Positions 51,439 through 63,071 of a stretch of DNA of 64,000 nt are shown piece after piece. Made by a program: the position numbers and the translations under genes. Positions within the stretch are counted from its first letter, which is position 1; every line of letters begins with the position of its first letter. Below the pieces are notes generated by a model. That model saw only the letters and a list, made by a program, of their open reading frames with translations, did no database searches and was not told where the DNA came from. Location: the NCBI GenBank assembly GCA_047495785.1, contig JBLDXI010000042.1, positions 3,720,001-3,784,000 on the forward strand. The letters are read 5' to 3'. This DNA comes from Lepidodermella squamata. Its lineage: Eukaryota > Animalia > Gastrotricha.

Positions 51439-53303
51439 GGGGGGGGGGGGGGGGGGGCTGATGTTCTCCGAGGAATGAGGAATCCCTGAGGTCATGAAGG
51501 GTTGAACGATTTTTTGTATCGAACCGGGACCAGAGATCTTTGATTTGGAAACTTTTCATGATGATTGCTCATGAATTTGAGAAGAACCGCGTGATCAAAT
51601 TTCATGAAGAATTTTCAGCAAATCTCCGAGTCCCCTGACCAACACAGTGCAATTTGCAGTTACGCAACAAGGTGAGAACAGGTGGGCCCAGGGTCAAGTA
51701 TTAATATTTTAGGGCAAACATTGTTTGTTCAAATGAGAAAAATTTTACTGGCGATTGTCATCACTAGAGACCAAGGTCACTGCTAAAATATATGCCAAAT
51801 GTCCCCTGGCTTCGGCGGAATAAGCATACAATACCTCAGATTTGCTAAGTAACACCGGGTGGTGCTACATTCACTCAGTTTTACTAAAATTTAGGTAATT
51901 CGTTACGCAACACACTTTTCTGCTACGCTCAATCAGGTTTATGCAGCGCTCGCCATTTAAGTCAAAACTATCTGTACGTATATTCAGATAATCCTCTTGT
52001 TCATTCGTTCGCCTATGAACGTACCTGATAAAACACTATTCACTGAGAATACGCCGTTTCACAAACGCAACAAAATGGTTTTATTTTCCTTTGAATCTCA
52101 TATCACATACATCAACAAATATAATAGCAAAACTCTTAAATCTGACATATTGAACCTCGCAAAAAAAAGATTCTACCAATATAATGCCGAGTAAAAATTA
52201 AGAACTAATTAAGTAGTAGTAGTTTATTGTTAAAACAATGATCCGACTGATACTAAGTAACAGTTTGCCTATAGACACGGGTATTTACATTTAACTAATT
52301 CTTTCTGTACAAATGATTATTTATAATTTTGCATGATGATGTTATAATACTTTAACGAACACACCCACACACACGCAATATAAGGATGACTTGATTTTGA
52401 AAATTCGCACCGATTCAGTGATCAGTTTTTAAAATGTTCATTTCCTCCTGAGGAATAATTTGGGTTCACTTTTCCTCAGTCTCAGGAATGAACTGACTCA
52501 AAGCTCAAAAAGGTTCAAGATCTAAAGTGGATATTGGCTTCTCGGTCGCCTTTTAATCATTTCTAAGTCAAATTGATAGAAATGTTATTATAATGATTAA
52601 ATTTCACCGTGGTGATCCCAAAAATCGGACTTCTATCAATTTGATTAATATCTCACGGTCATAATACCATGGTATTTACTACCATAAACGAAGTCATTTC
52701 CAAGTCTATCGGGAATTCGGTACCAAGAAAATCATCAAAACATCGCCGCTTCTAACTTCATACTCTATCGACGACCCTGAAATCTAAAATCGAAGCATTA
52801 CTGTGATTGTGTCATGATCGATTTGTAAAATACGAAACGAGTGCAAATTTTCCCCAGCAGCTTTTAAAATGCCGAAACGTCAGAAATAGTATAATAATTC
52901 TCAACAAATTAGAAATGCCCTTGCCCTCAATTTCAGTACATTTGAGCCAAGGGTGATTTCAACTCAACTTTCGAAAAACAGGCTCTGGGTTTCAGGTTTT
53001 AGTTGTTTTCTTTACAAAATAAGCAAAGTTGCAGCAATGACAATCTGGAAAGAAATTCGAACCGAGTAAGCTAAATAATAATAATATAGCGCATGGTATA
53101 ATTTTGTTTTTCAGATATACCATCCTACCCAATAATGCCGGATCCCATTTTAGTGAACCCATTTTAGTGTGCCATCACCGCAGTCTGACGGTTGGCGGTC
53201 TAAGATGACCTATGAATGGGGATGGAAATTGAATAGCATTAGGATTTAGCATTGATAAAGAGACGAAGCAATTAGGAAGCTTTCCACTAACGCTCCTGCT
53301 GAA

Positions 53304-56008
53304 TCAGTTATACGAGGCCACAAATACGGCATAGACGTTGAGACAAAGAAACGCATCGGTTAAGATAAGGAAAGCTGACAAATCGAATGCGCGGGCGAGG
53401 CTCATCCTTGAATTCAATACAACCAACTTCACTTTGTTGGCGATTAGATGTGGGTGACTAGCGGTAATCCCAAACATTACCGCTTCATAGAGCGTCAATG
53501 CGCCAGTCAGTCCGCACAAAATCAGCAAATACTCTGCCAGCAAGACTGACTCGGAAGTTTCGGGAAGTTCTTGGAGAACATTAGCCTGCGTTACTATTAG
53601 GCTTAGCAAAATGGTGGCCGTAAATACTGGTCGATCTGGAACGTCAGCCTGAAATACCAGAGACGAAAAAACAAGAAGCGTTAGAATGGCACAGGGTGCC
53701 AAGTTGTTTATGATGATAGGATTCGGATTTCGCGAGAAAGCCACGGTGAAGCGGGCGTAGCCTGACGTAGCATTTAGCCTTAGGGGTGACCTTGTAACTC
53801 CATAGGTAGAAACAGCTGAACCAAGCGTCCAAAGCTCGTTGTTGAACGTCTCAGCGAAGCTTATTCGAGTTCCTCCGAAATTTAAGAATCTATCAGCTTC
53901 ATCGAGCAGGAACGTGAAATCACATTGCTGTGAATCGAAAGGAAATTTCCGCAACTTCAGGAAGCATTTTGATTTGATGACCCCGAGCAGACTCCAGTGG
54001 AAAAATAGCGTGCGATTTGGCGTGGTAGGGTAGTATGCGATATGCATAAGCTCTTTGTAGCCATTTTCCATGTAGACATCGGTCGTAGTGTTTGCGAAGC
54101 GCATACTTGGAACCCATACCTGTTTGCGGTCTACGGTGTAGACGCGATCAGCTTCGTTGACATCAGGTGCTGTCGCTGCTTCTTCACAGTTGCGTACAAT
54201 CCATTGAACAGTGAGCTTGACGCCGGCTACAATCTGCCGCGATTTTGCATCGATCTCCTCGAGTGTATACATTATCATGCTAATGTACATTTTCGAACCA
54301 GATGCTGGAGTTCTGTAAAGAGTTATTATTTCTTCAATCAAAATTGCTGATAAATGAGGGGTCGAAATTTTGAAAATTTGTGTCCCATCAACCGTTGGGT
54401 CTTTTTCAAAGCGGTTTTCGCTGGAATGAGCCTTAATTCACGCCACAAAAGCTCACGATTCCACAATACATGACAGATGCGCCTTTGTTTATTAGCCGAA
54501 GTGAGCCATGATTATGTACAATTGGGGCCGTGCCCTTTTGATGCATGACTAATTTTTTTCAGGCCCCAATATACATAAGGAGACTTGACCCAATTAGAAA
54601 TTTGAAATAATTAACTTTACCTAACGTTGGGATTGATATTGGGACAAGGTGTCAAATCACTGATCGAAAGCAATGGAGTTTCGTTGCCGTCTATCAAATA
54701 GGGTATGCCGAAATCAGAGACGCCCATGGTGAAGTCATAGGTCCGAAATCCGGCGACTGTTGCGCTTGTTGGGGGGTCAGCAGATGTGGCGCTTGACCGA
54801 GTGGTAGTCGTACGGGTCGTAGTGTTCGTACTGGTCGAAGTAGGCGTGGTTGAGGCTGTAGTTGACGTCGAGGTGGCACTGGGGCTGCTATTTGCTGTCG
54901 TTGCGGGAGTGGTCAGAGTAGTTGGAGTCCATTTAGCGGAGCTTGTAGTAAGCGTTGACCTAGTGGTAGTCGTAAAAGTTGATGCTTTGCTACTGGTCGT
55001 GGTTGAGGCTGTATTTGTCATCGATGTCAATGAAGTCGATTTGGTGCTAGTACTAGTCGATGTGGTCGTCGTCGACGTGCTTGTGGTTGGTGTGCAGTCG
55101 TAAACAGCTACATAGTACAGATCGAGAGTATCTGAGTAAGTTCCACTGCGCCCACCTATTCCGAACATTTTTGGGCCCGCGAACAGGCTGGACATTTTCA
55201 CGGGTGAAGATAAGTTGGAAATAGGCCCCAGACAAGTTCCGTTCTGCAAACACATCGCAATCTGTGACGTCAAACGCAAACTATTAGCAGCCAATAGGAA
55301 AACCTTTTCCACAAACCGATACGTCCGATCCGTTGGTAACTCGCAATTGATGGATTATGAAGTTGTTCGCGAACCAAGGCGTCAGTGATATCAAATTTTT
55401 GTAGAGCAGTCGCGTCACATTTCCGGGTGTCTGATAAACGTTGGCATCCACGAAGTTCAAGTACGGGCTGTAAGTAGCAGTGAAACCCGAATAAGCCGCC
55501 ATATTAACGGCATACTTGTGTACGTAGGCTAGAAATAACCCGCCTTCAAGTATCCTCTGTATTAGGGTCATTTGTCATACCTGACGTTGGCGGCCTGGTA
55601 AGAGAAGCGTTATCGCCAATCACAATCCTAAAACCATCACCGTCTCCCGAATCTAAGGCTCCTGTGTGAGCCAGAACCTCGATGTAGAAATCATCCAAAG
55701 TAAAGGGCTGTAAAACAGAATGTAATGCTTTTGCGATTATCAGCAAATACCCTAACCTGTTTGTTCCAAAGCCCCGTTTCTCGCCACGTGCTACCTTCCG
55801 ATGCGAGGCGAGTAGTGTTTGGTGGCTGGCCGGTTAAATTTAGCCCAGCCATTGGCATATAGTCCCAATAAGCAGGGATGTCAGCATTGTGATTTATAAG
55901 TGACCATTGTGGAACAAGAGTTCCGCAAGATAGCTCTCCCACTTGACAGCAAGTGTTACTAACATAAGCTAATAGCAAGAAGCTAGAGGCAAGATGGGCT
56001 CGAAACAT
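53304..56008 (-). CDS. Lectin-mucin-Cys-loop channel subunit, copy D (apparently intact, 5 exons)
   Basis: Same structure as A and B; GDGDGF; CFLKLRKFPFDSQQC; ADVPDRPVFTATILLSL. Confidence 0.87.
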
Positions 56009-57728
56009 AATTTTTGTTTGCCGCCTGCCTTGTGTTTACCTGATTTTTTGAATGTCTTCCCGGTGCTAACTGCTTAGCTACTTGGTTACCATCAATTTTA
56101 CTTTCATCCAAATGGCGACAATTCCTCTAATTTAAAATTCAATCATGCAATACGCATTGTCGTATAAAAAATATCTCGGATGCTTACCATGCTTACAATA
56201 TATAGATCAAAACAACTAATTGCAGTACTCGATCCTGACGCGCAGTTTGAATAGCAAAACTTTTCCTAGCTTGAAATTAGGGCTACGACAAAGTCAATTC
56301 GCGCAACTGCAGCCTACCTAAACATTATTCATTTACTTATCTATTATTGAGCTATTTAATACACGTCTGCAATAAAACCGGCGAGTTTCAACCCGTGTAT
56401 TGAGGAGTTGTGGCCGCCCACGCTATCCAGGCAGCAGGAAAAATGAAGTAAACTTATCAGGTCTCAGGGTCAGGGGGGTTGATGCGCTATGACAGCGAAC
56501 GAACTAAAATAATTTTTATTGTCCTTCTCCTTCATGCGTGTTGTTGACAGTAATGATGGTTTAGGTAACATTATTCATTATTTCATGCATACTTAGTGCC
56601 ACCGATCGCAATACAGAATACATAATACCCTGGGAACTAAATACAGTTCTGACCATCAAAAGCTGGTTTACAGGCATCCTTTGTGAGAGGGTCGTTACGT
56701 GCTCTCGGCCCGTTTCATCGTTAATTTCTCGTGCCAGCGCTCGTGGCAGCAATACCGCATGTCGCCATATTCTGTTATGTAACTACATTGCAACTTGAAT
56801 ATATTGCAACGGTGTTATAACGAACGATTTTGGTTGGCTCGTTCCAAAATAATCACTTTGCATGTAAACAACCTTAGCTATAACGAACATTTTATAGCGA
56901 ACTTTTATCTATAACGAACGTTTCGAGTCATGAGACGTACTATAGGACGCCGTAGAGAATCAGAAAAAGCGTGATATTTTTAATGAGGTCCAAAGTCCAA
57001 CTCGACCAATGAATCATGTCATTACTTTGTTGCAATCATCTTAAGCCTCTTTTTTTGCTTAAGATCAACGAGATCAACACATCTTCACACAGCGTCACGC
57101 CGATCTTTTTCAAACACCCCAGTTTCTGTCTTAGATGCTTTGAACATTACATTTTCAGACACAAAATTGCTCTCGTGGAAGTCCTTAACGATTCCGCCTA
57201 CTGACATTATCAAAAGGAACCCGTTAAAACCAGTTTCAAAAATCAGTGTTGAAATCAATATTCAGCTTTTTCATATTTTTCACTCGCAGCTGTTTTAGAG
57301 CACAAAAATCAAGCACTCCGCCTGTAGTCCTGGCGGATAGGACGATTTCGGCCGGTTTGATTAAATTTTAATAGCGTCGTCATTTTTTATTTCCAACTCG
57401 AAAAAATTGACAGTCAATGAGAGGTGAATGAGACTATGACGGACACGGTGGTATTTTTTGTGGGATCATAGAGAGATCAGAAACCTATGAAATTTCAAGT
57501 TGAAATAAATCGAATTTTCAATCTCATGTTGAGTATTTTCGAATTGCTAGTATCTCCTGACCATGCAAGATAACGGTGTCCTGGTTTCAAAACATTGTAG
57601 CCAACATCGAAAAGCAATATTCCCCAAACGCGCGATCAAGAATTCATCAAATTCGAATTTCTGTGAATTTTCAAAGTCGTAATTCCGAAATCGTCCTTCC
57701 CGCCGTGAAAGGGTTAATTATTAACTTT

Positions 57729-57918
57729 GCATCCCGCATCAAATGCGGTACGGTGCGGGATGCCTTGAGTTCACTTAATCCCGCACTTCGTCTCGCGCCT
57801 CCCGCAGTTCATCCCGCAGTTCATCCCGCAGTGCATCCCGCACATCCCGCAGCTCATCCAGCACCTCGTCTCGTTCTGAGATGTTTCGGGGTGCGGGATC
57901 CCGCAGCTCATCCCGCAC
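57729..57918. repeat. CATCCCGCA-based minisatellite with inverted TGCGGGAT copies
   Basis: Repeated (T)CATCCCGCA(G/C) units seen directly. Confidence 0.8.
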
Positions 57919-57940
57919 TTGAGGCGAATGAAATAAAAAA

Positions 57941-58014
57941 GCGGACGAGGGCGGGAATCGAACCAGTGACTTCAATCACCAAACACGCACGCTGATCGAT
58001 TGCGCCACCGGTCC
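57941..58014 (-). pseudogene. tRNA-like sequence (pseudo-tRNA or SINE head)
   Basis: Minus strand GGACCGGTGGCGCAATCG...GGTTCGATTCCC...CTCGTCC then TTTTTT: A box, B box, acceptor-stem pairing and Pol III terminator; anticodon arm does not fold well. Confidence 0.65.
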
Positions 58015-58969
58015 TATCACAATAAGATATACAGAACGGCGATACTTGGTTCGCGCTGAAATTGCGTGCAAAGTCAGTAAAATTGGCGTGCGGCCAAGGC
58101 CAAATTCACTGTGAAACGAGCATAGCTCGATGTCGAATTTCGCCTCAATAACGAGCTTGTAATACCATAGCTGTAGCCTGCAGAATTGAGAGTCCAAAGT
58201 TCGTTGCTGAATGACTTGTCGAAATTTAGCCTAGTCCCCCCGCATAGCAAGAATTTATCAGCCTCATCAAGTAAAAACGTGAAATCGCACTGTTGCGAGT
58301 CCAATGGGAATTTACGTAGTTTCAGGGCGCATGCCGATTTGATGACGCCGAAACGAAGCCAATGGAAAAATAGCGTACGATTTGGTGTGGTAGGATAGTA
58401 AGCGATTTGTGTCTGCTCCTTGAACCCAGACTCCATGTAAACGTCAGTTGATGTGTTTGCGAAGCGCATACTTGGAACCCATATTTGATAGCGGTTCACT
58501 GAGTAAACGCGATCTGCTTCTTCCACATCGGGCGCTGTAACATCCGCTACACAGGTGTAAACAACCCATTGAACAATTAGCGTGACACCAGCTAAAATCT
58601 GGCTGGATTTTGCGTCGATATCCTCCAGCGTGTTCAATTGTATAGTGATGTAGATTTTCGAACCATAGTCTGAAGACCTGGTTGAAGTATTAATAATCTA
58701 TGATCTTTACATTTGCTGGAAGCCTTTTCATAATAGTTGCTTTGAAATATAGGGTCACTCATGTGTTGAATCTTTTATACATTGTCCAATAATCCCGTGA
58801 TTTACAGTTCATGACCAACCAAGTTAGCTAATAAAGGTGGATTACCTGGCGGTGGGATTTATAAAAGGGCAACGGAAAATCGCTGATCCGAAGCAGCGGA
58901 ATTACGTTGCCATCCAGCAAATTCGGTATGCCGAAGTCAGAGGAATTTGTAATAAAGTCATAGGTTCTT

Positions 58970-59886
58970 GCACATTTCCCCATCCGCCGGTGTTTCCTCC
59001 ACGCGCGCATTCCTATTGGTTGGTTAAATTTACGCGTAACCGCAGGTCGCGCGCATTTATTGCGCAACAAATCATTGCAGCTTTCTACGCGCGCGCTTCA
59101 AAATCATAAGAAAACCACAAGTCAGCTAGCCCGAATTGAACAAGTCCAATATATGAAGCGCGCGCATCGAGAGTACATTTTTCAATTAGTACCAAGTTTA
59201 AAAAAATTGCAAATCAAGAAGATATGCGAGAAATAAGGATGACTTACAATCGACAGGGCGCTCAAAAATATTTCCTAGCAAAATAAAATGGCACCATCAT
59301 GGTTCATTATGTCGCTTTTATGAAATCGCAATTTTTCTAAATTTTTAGAAGCGCTTGAGTTTTGATCATTCCAAGTCATTTTTACATCCACTTCATATTA
59401 TAAGCGGCTCGGGTAATGAGCGGTAACTTTTCAAACGCACAAACTTTCAAGGGCAAGAAAAAAACATTTTTGAATCAATTCGATGTAGCGCGAAAATAAT
59501 CAAACGGTTTTAGATATGTCTCAAGCTATATTTTGATGAAATTACCCCAAATTCACCGAAAAAAGCTCGTGCCAGCGGTGCGCGCTTTCGCAATTTGTTG
59601 AAATTTGAATTTTGCGCGCGCAAAATTGTATATTTTATTCAATCGATATGTAAATAAGAACAAAATACATGATAATCCGAATTTTTCAAGTTATTCGGCA
59701 ACAAAATCTGCCTTAATTTAAGCTTTTTTATTTTCTTGAAAGCATTTCGCTGACTCAGCGCAGGGCGCAGTCGTCTTTGCTCTCGTCCGTGCGCGCGCGC
59801 GCACGAAGGCTGTAATTATCTTAGTTGTTGCGCAACAAGGCCCAGCCAATAGGAATGCGCGCGTGGAGGCGGATGGGGAAATGTGC
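58970..59886. mobile_element. Non-autonomous Mutator-type element inside copy E
   Basis: TIR GCACATTTCCCCATCCGCC...TCCACGCGCGCATTCCTATTGG at both ends; 9-bp TSD TAGGTTCTT (58961-58969; right copy split, see next feature). Confidence 0.85.
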
Positions 59887-59888
59887 TA

Positions 59889-60134
59889 CATTATAGGCCG
59901 GGTTTGCAGGGTCGAAGTCCATTTTTATTTGCTGCGTCGATGGTGTGGTGGTGAGGTGGTGAATTTTGTTGTGGTAGTAGTTTTTGCAAGTATTTTTCAT
60001 TCATCTCCATCTAATTAATCAGCTAAAAAAATAACCGACCGCTCGACCGCACCACCATCACCACATAACAAGCCAAGAAAAAACATGGATATGATTCATC
60101 ACTGAGTTCACTATGCTAAACACCACCTACAATG
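59889..60134. mobile_element. Small TA-targeting MITE (Tc1/mariner-type) inserted into the right TSD of the previous element
   Basis: TA|CATTATAGG...CCTACAATG|TA followed by GGTTCTT. Confidence 0.7.
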
Positions 60135-61358
60135 TAGGTTCTTAGAGCTGCCTTTGTTGGCTGTGGCAGCATCGTGTTCGAGGTCGCTTCCAAAGTAGCG
60201 GTGGTTGAGGATGAGGTTGGAGTTAACGTTGATGTCAAAGTGATACCTGAGGTGCTAGAATCAGTCGATGTAGGTGCTGTCGTCGATGTCGTGGAGGTAG
60301 ATGTTGTAGTGGTCGTAGTGGTCGGATCGTCTTGGTAGTCGAGGTCGATGCGGTAGTGCTGGAACTAGTCGATTGGGTCGTCGTCGTGCTCGTCGGTGTG
60401 GGGGTGGTGCTTGAACTGGTCGACGAGCTGAGGCCGTTGTGGTGCTCGTTGTCGACGTGCTTGTTAGCGGTGAGCAGTCGTACACAGCTACATAGTACAG
60501 GTCTACTGTATCCGAGTATTGCCCACTGCGTCCTGCTATCCCAAGAATTTTAGGCCCTGAGAATAATTTAGAAATCTTCACAGGTGAAGGCGTGCTGTTA
60601 TAAGGCCCAATGCAAGTTCCGTTTAGTAAACACATCGCTGACTAAAAACGAGAGTTGTATGCTATAGAAGATGTGTTGTTGCGCCGTCATACCGAAATGT
60701 AAGATCCGTTTAGAACTCGTAGTTGATGAATGACTAAGTTGTTCGCGAACCAAGGTTTCAGAGGGATCGAACGTTTGTAGAGCAGAGAGGTTTCACTGCC
60801 TGGTGTCTGATAAACGGATGCGTCCACGTATTTGGAGTATGGGTTGTAACGAGCAGCGAATCCCTGGTACGTCGTTGTATTCACCCCGTAAACGATATCT
60901 TGAAAACATCCGATATGCACGAGGCATAACATTTATAAATCGTACCTCCATCTGGTGGCCTGCCAAGTGTCGAATTTTTGGCAATCGCGGGCAATCGCGC
61001 AGAGAATCACGGTTTTTTAACTTTGAGAGCCTGCATCGCAATTTGCCCCGCCTCAGATTAAATAATTGAGCTTATTAGCCGTTGCTTATTTATTTACACA
61101 ATTGCTTTTTTCGTTTTGATTTACACGAGCCTTTTTCCTCTTTTTTCTGAGCCTTTCTCTCTAAAATTATTTGCTTCGTAAAAATTACATACTGGCACTA
61201 GGCCAACATATTAATCTATAGCATTAAACTATTCCTTCTTCGTTTATCCCATTAACTATTGGTGCTGAAGGTCTCAGGCAATTGTTTGAGACAAGCGCCT
61301 CCTCCCCTCCCCATCTTATTTCCTCCCACAAATATCAGGGGTTTTCGATTGATTTCCC

Positions 61359-63071
61359 ATGTCATTTTCCATCTTCAATCGATTCTGGCCCCTCAGCAAT
61401 TCGTCGGCTGACGAAGCTGCCATCGGTATTATCGGCGGCAACGAGTCGTTTATGGACGATGTTGAACAGGCTAGAACTTCACCGGTTCGGGCCGAAGGGC
61501 TTAATTCCAGCAGGAACAGCGATGGGGGAGAGCCCCTAACTGCTAAAAAACCGAACATGGAGAGCAAAGATAACGAGCCCGTTTCGAACCCACGCCTAAA
61601 AACGTTGGGCAACTCCCAGCAAAACAATCGCTCCCAAGAACTGACTCGGAAGCGGCCTAATGTGCAAGGCAATCAGGGAAGCTCCGCCCCGCCACAACCA
61701 AATGCCCAGCAGGCGGAGAGCTCGGAAAAACCTGCAAGTCGAGAAGAAGACGATCAAAAGTGCACCGTTGTCATCGACGACGCTCTACCGCTCTACAGGA
61801 CTGACCAAAAAGTAGAAGACGAATTCATAAAAATCGATGAGTCACTGCGTATCAAGCGTATCTCCTTCCTCACACTGGGTGGCATTCAGGTACTCTTTTC
61901 GAAACCAGAAATGGCCCTGCGAGCAATTGGAAAGACTGATTGGCCTGAAGACGCCTTTGGTGGAAAGTGTAGGGTGCACAGGACCTCGCGATACTACCAG
62001 CTCTTCCCAAACGAAGAGAAACCACCGAAAACAAGCACGGAACCCCGTGGCGAAGAATCAGGTATAAGGCGTCTCGCGCAGCTGGAAGGGCGAGCTGTTC
62101 TCTGTTACAACTTCCCATCCTCTCTGACCATTGAACAACTGAAATCCTCTTGGTCAGCATATCTGGAAGATGCTACAATTACCTATGACAAAGGCAAACG
62201 TAAGGTTATTTGTTACATGAAAACTGTCGAACTAGCAAAGCGCCTGACGAAGGGCGACGGCCTCCCTTTTCGTGAAATCCGAGTAATTGAAGGTGAAGAA
62301 CTTCAGGTAAAGCGTAACCCACCTAGGTGCAACTACTGTCAACATCACAGCCATGTCACAAAAAACTGTGACTGCGACGTCCCCATCTGTGGCTGGTGCG
62401 CTGGAGGTCACTTTACCCAACGTTGCTTGTCACGTAACAACCCTGAAGCGAGAAAATGCGCGAACTGTAAGGGTCCTCACTCGGCAAGCTACGGCGGCTG
62501 CAAGTTCGTGAAAGCGGCAGCTGCGAAAATGGAACAGGTCGAGCGAGACAAAATTGCTAAGGCGATGAATGAAGCTGCTACGGCCCCTGCACAGCGACAA
62601 TTTCAGCAGGCTCCTCGGCCTAAACAAATGGCTCGGGCGCCTACCGCGACGGCTCAAACAGCCGCTGACAACGCGTCAGAAGACGATGCCATTATCCGCC
62701 TGGCGGATCGGCTTGCGCCTTTGGTCGCCTCTCGAGTACGCCAGCAGCTCCTAGGCGAGTTTCATGCTCAGGAAATTTCTAAGCCCGAATCTACGGACAT
62801 TGACAACCTCAAAAAACAGGTCGGCGAAATTTTAGCTTTGTTAAAAACTATTTCACATCAACAGAACCCCGATCCGAACGAAGTATTCACCGGCACACAG
62901 CAGAGCGCCGGCTCTCAACTGATTGCGGCTTACTCCCTGCGATCTAGTACGGCAACCGCCACGGCTTTGCCAGAGAAGGAGAAAGGTACGTCGAAGGCAT
63001 CTGGACGGGGCGGGCATCGCCGAAACAGCGTTGGCCCGGCAACCGAAAAACCGCCAAGCCCCACAGTATGA
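61359..63071 (+). CDS. LINE ORF1 (gag-like nucleic-acid-binding protein)
   Basis: CNYCQHHSHVTKNC, CGWCAGGHFTQRC, CANCKGPHSASYGGC zinc knuckles; 570-aa open frame. Confidence 0.88.
   Translation: MSFSIFNRFWPLSNSSADEAAIGIIGGNESFMDDVEQARTSPVRAEGLNSSRNSDGGEPLTAKKPNMESKDNEPVSNPRLKTLGNSQQNNRSQELTRKRPNVQGNQGSSAPPQPNAQQAESSEKPASREEDDQKCTVVIDDALPLYRTDQKVEDEFIKIDESLRIKRISFLTLGGIQVLFSKPEMALRAIGKTDWPEDAFGGKCRVHRTSRYYQLFPNEEKPPKTSTEPRGEESGIRRLAQLEGRAVLCYNFPSSLTIEQLKSSWSAYLEDATITYDKGKRKVICYMKTVELAKRLTKGDGLPFREIRVIEGEELQVKRNPPRCNYCQHHSHVTKNCDCDVPICGWCAGGHFTQRCLSRNNPEARKCANCKGPHSASYGGCKFVKAAAAKMEQVERDKIAKAMNEAATAPAQRQFQQAPRPKQMARAPTATAQTAADNASEDDAIIRLADRLAPLVASRVRQQLLGEFHAQEISKPESTDIDNLKKQVGEILALLKTISHQQNPDPNEVFTGTQQSAGSQLIAAYSLRSSTATATALPEKEKGTSKASGRGGHRRNSVGPATEKPPSPTV

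Larger units (their letters stand above)
58107..60987 (-). pseudogene. Lectin-mucin-Cys-loop channel, copy E (A-type), disrupted
   Basis: Homologous to part of exon 2 through exon 5 of copy A; frameshifts in the stalk exon; two MITE insertions; ends before M1; 5' end cut by a LINE. Confidence 0.88.

Noticed and set aside
57576-57995. ORFs with PAVH / RDEL repeats
   Set aside because: Translations of the CATCCCGCA minisatellite and pseudo-tRNA; no gene signals
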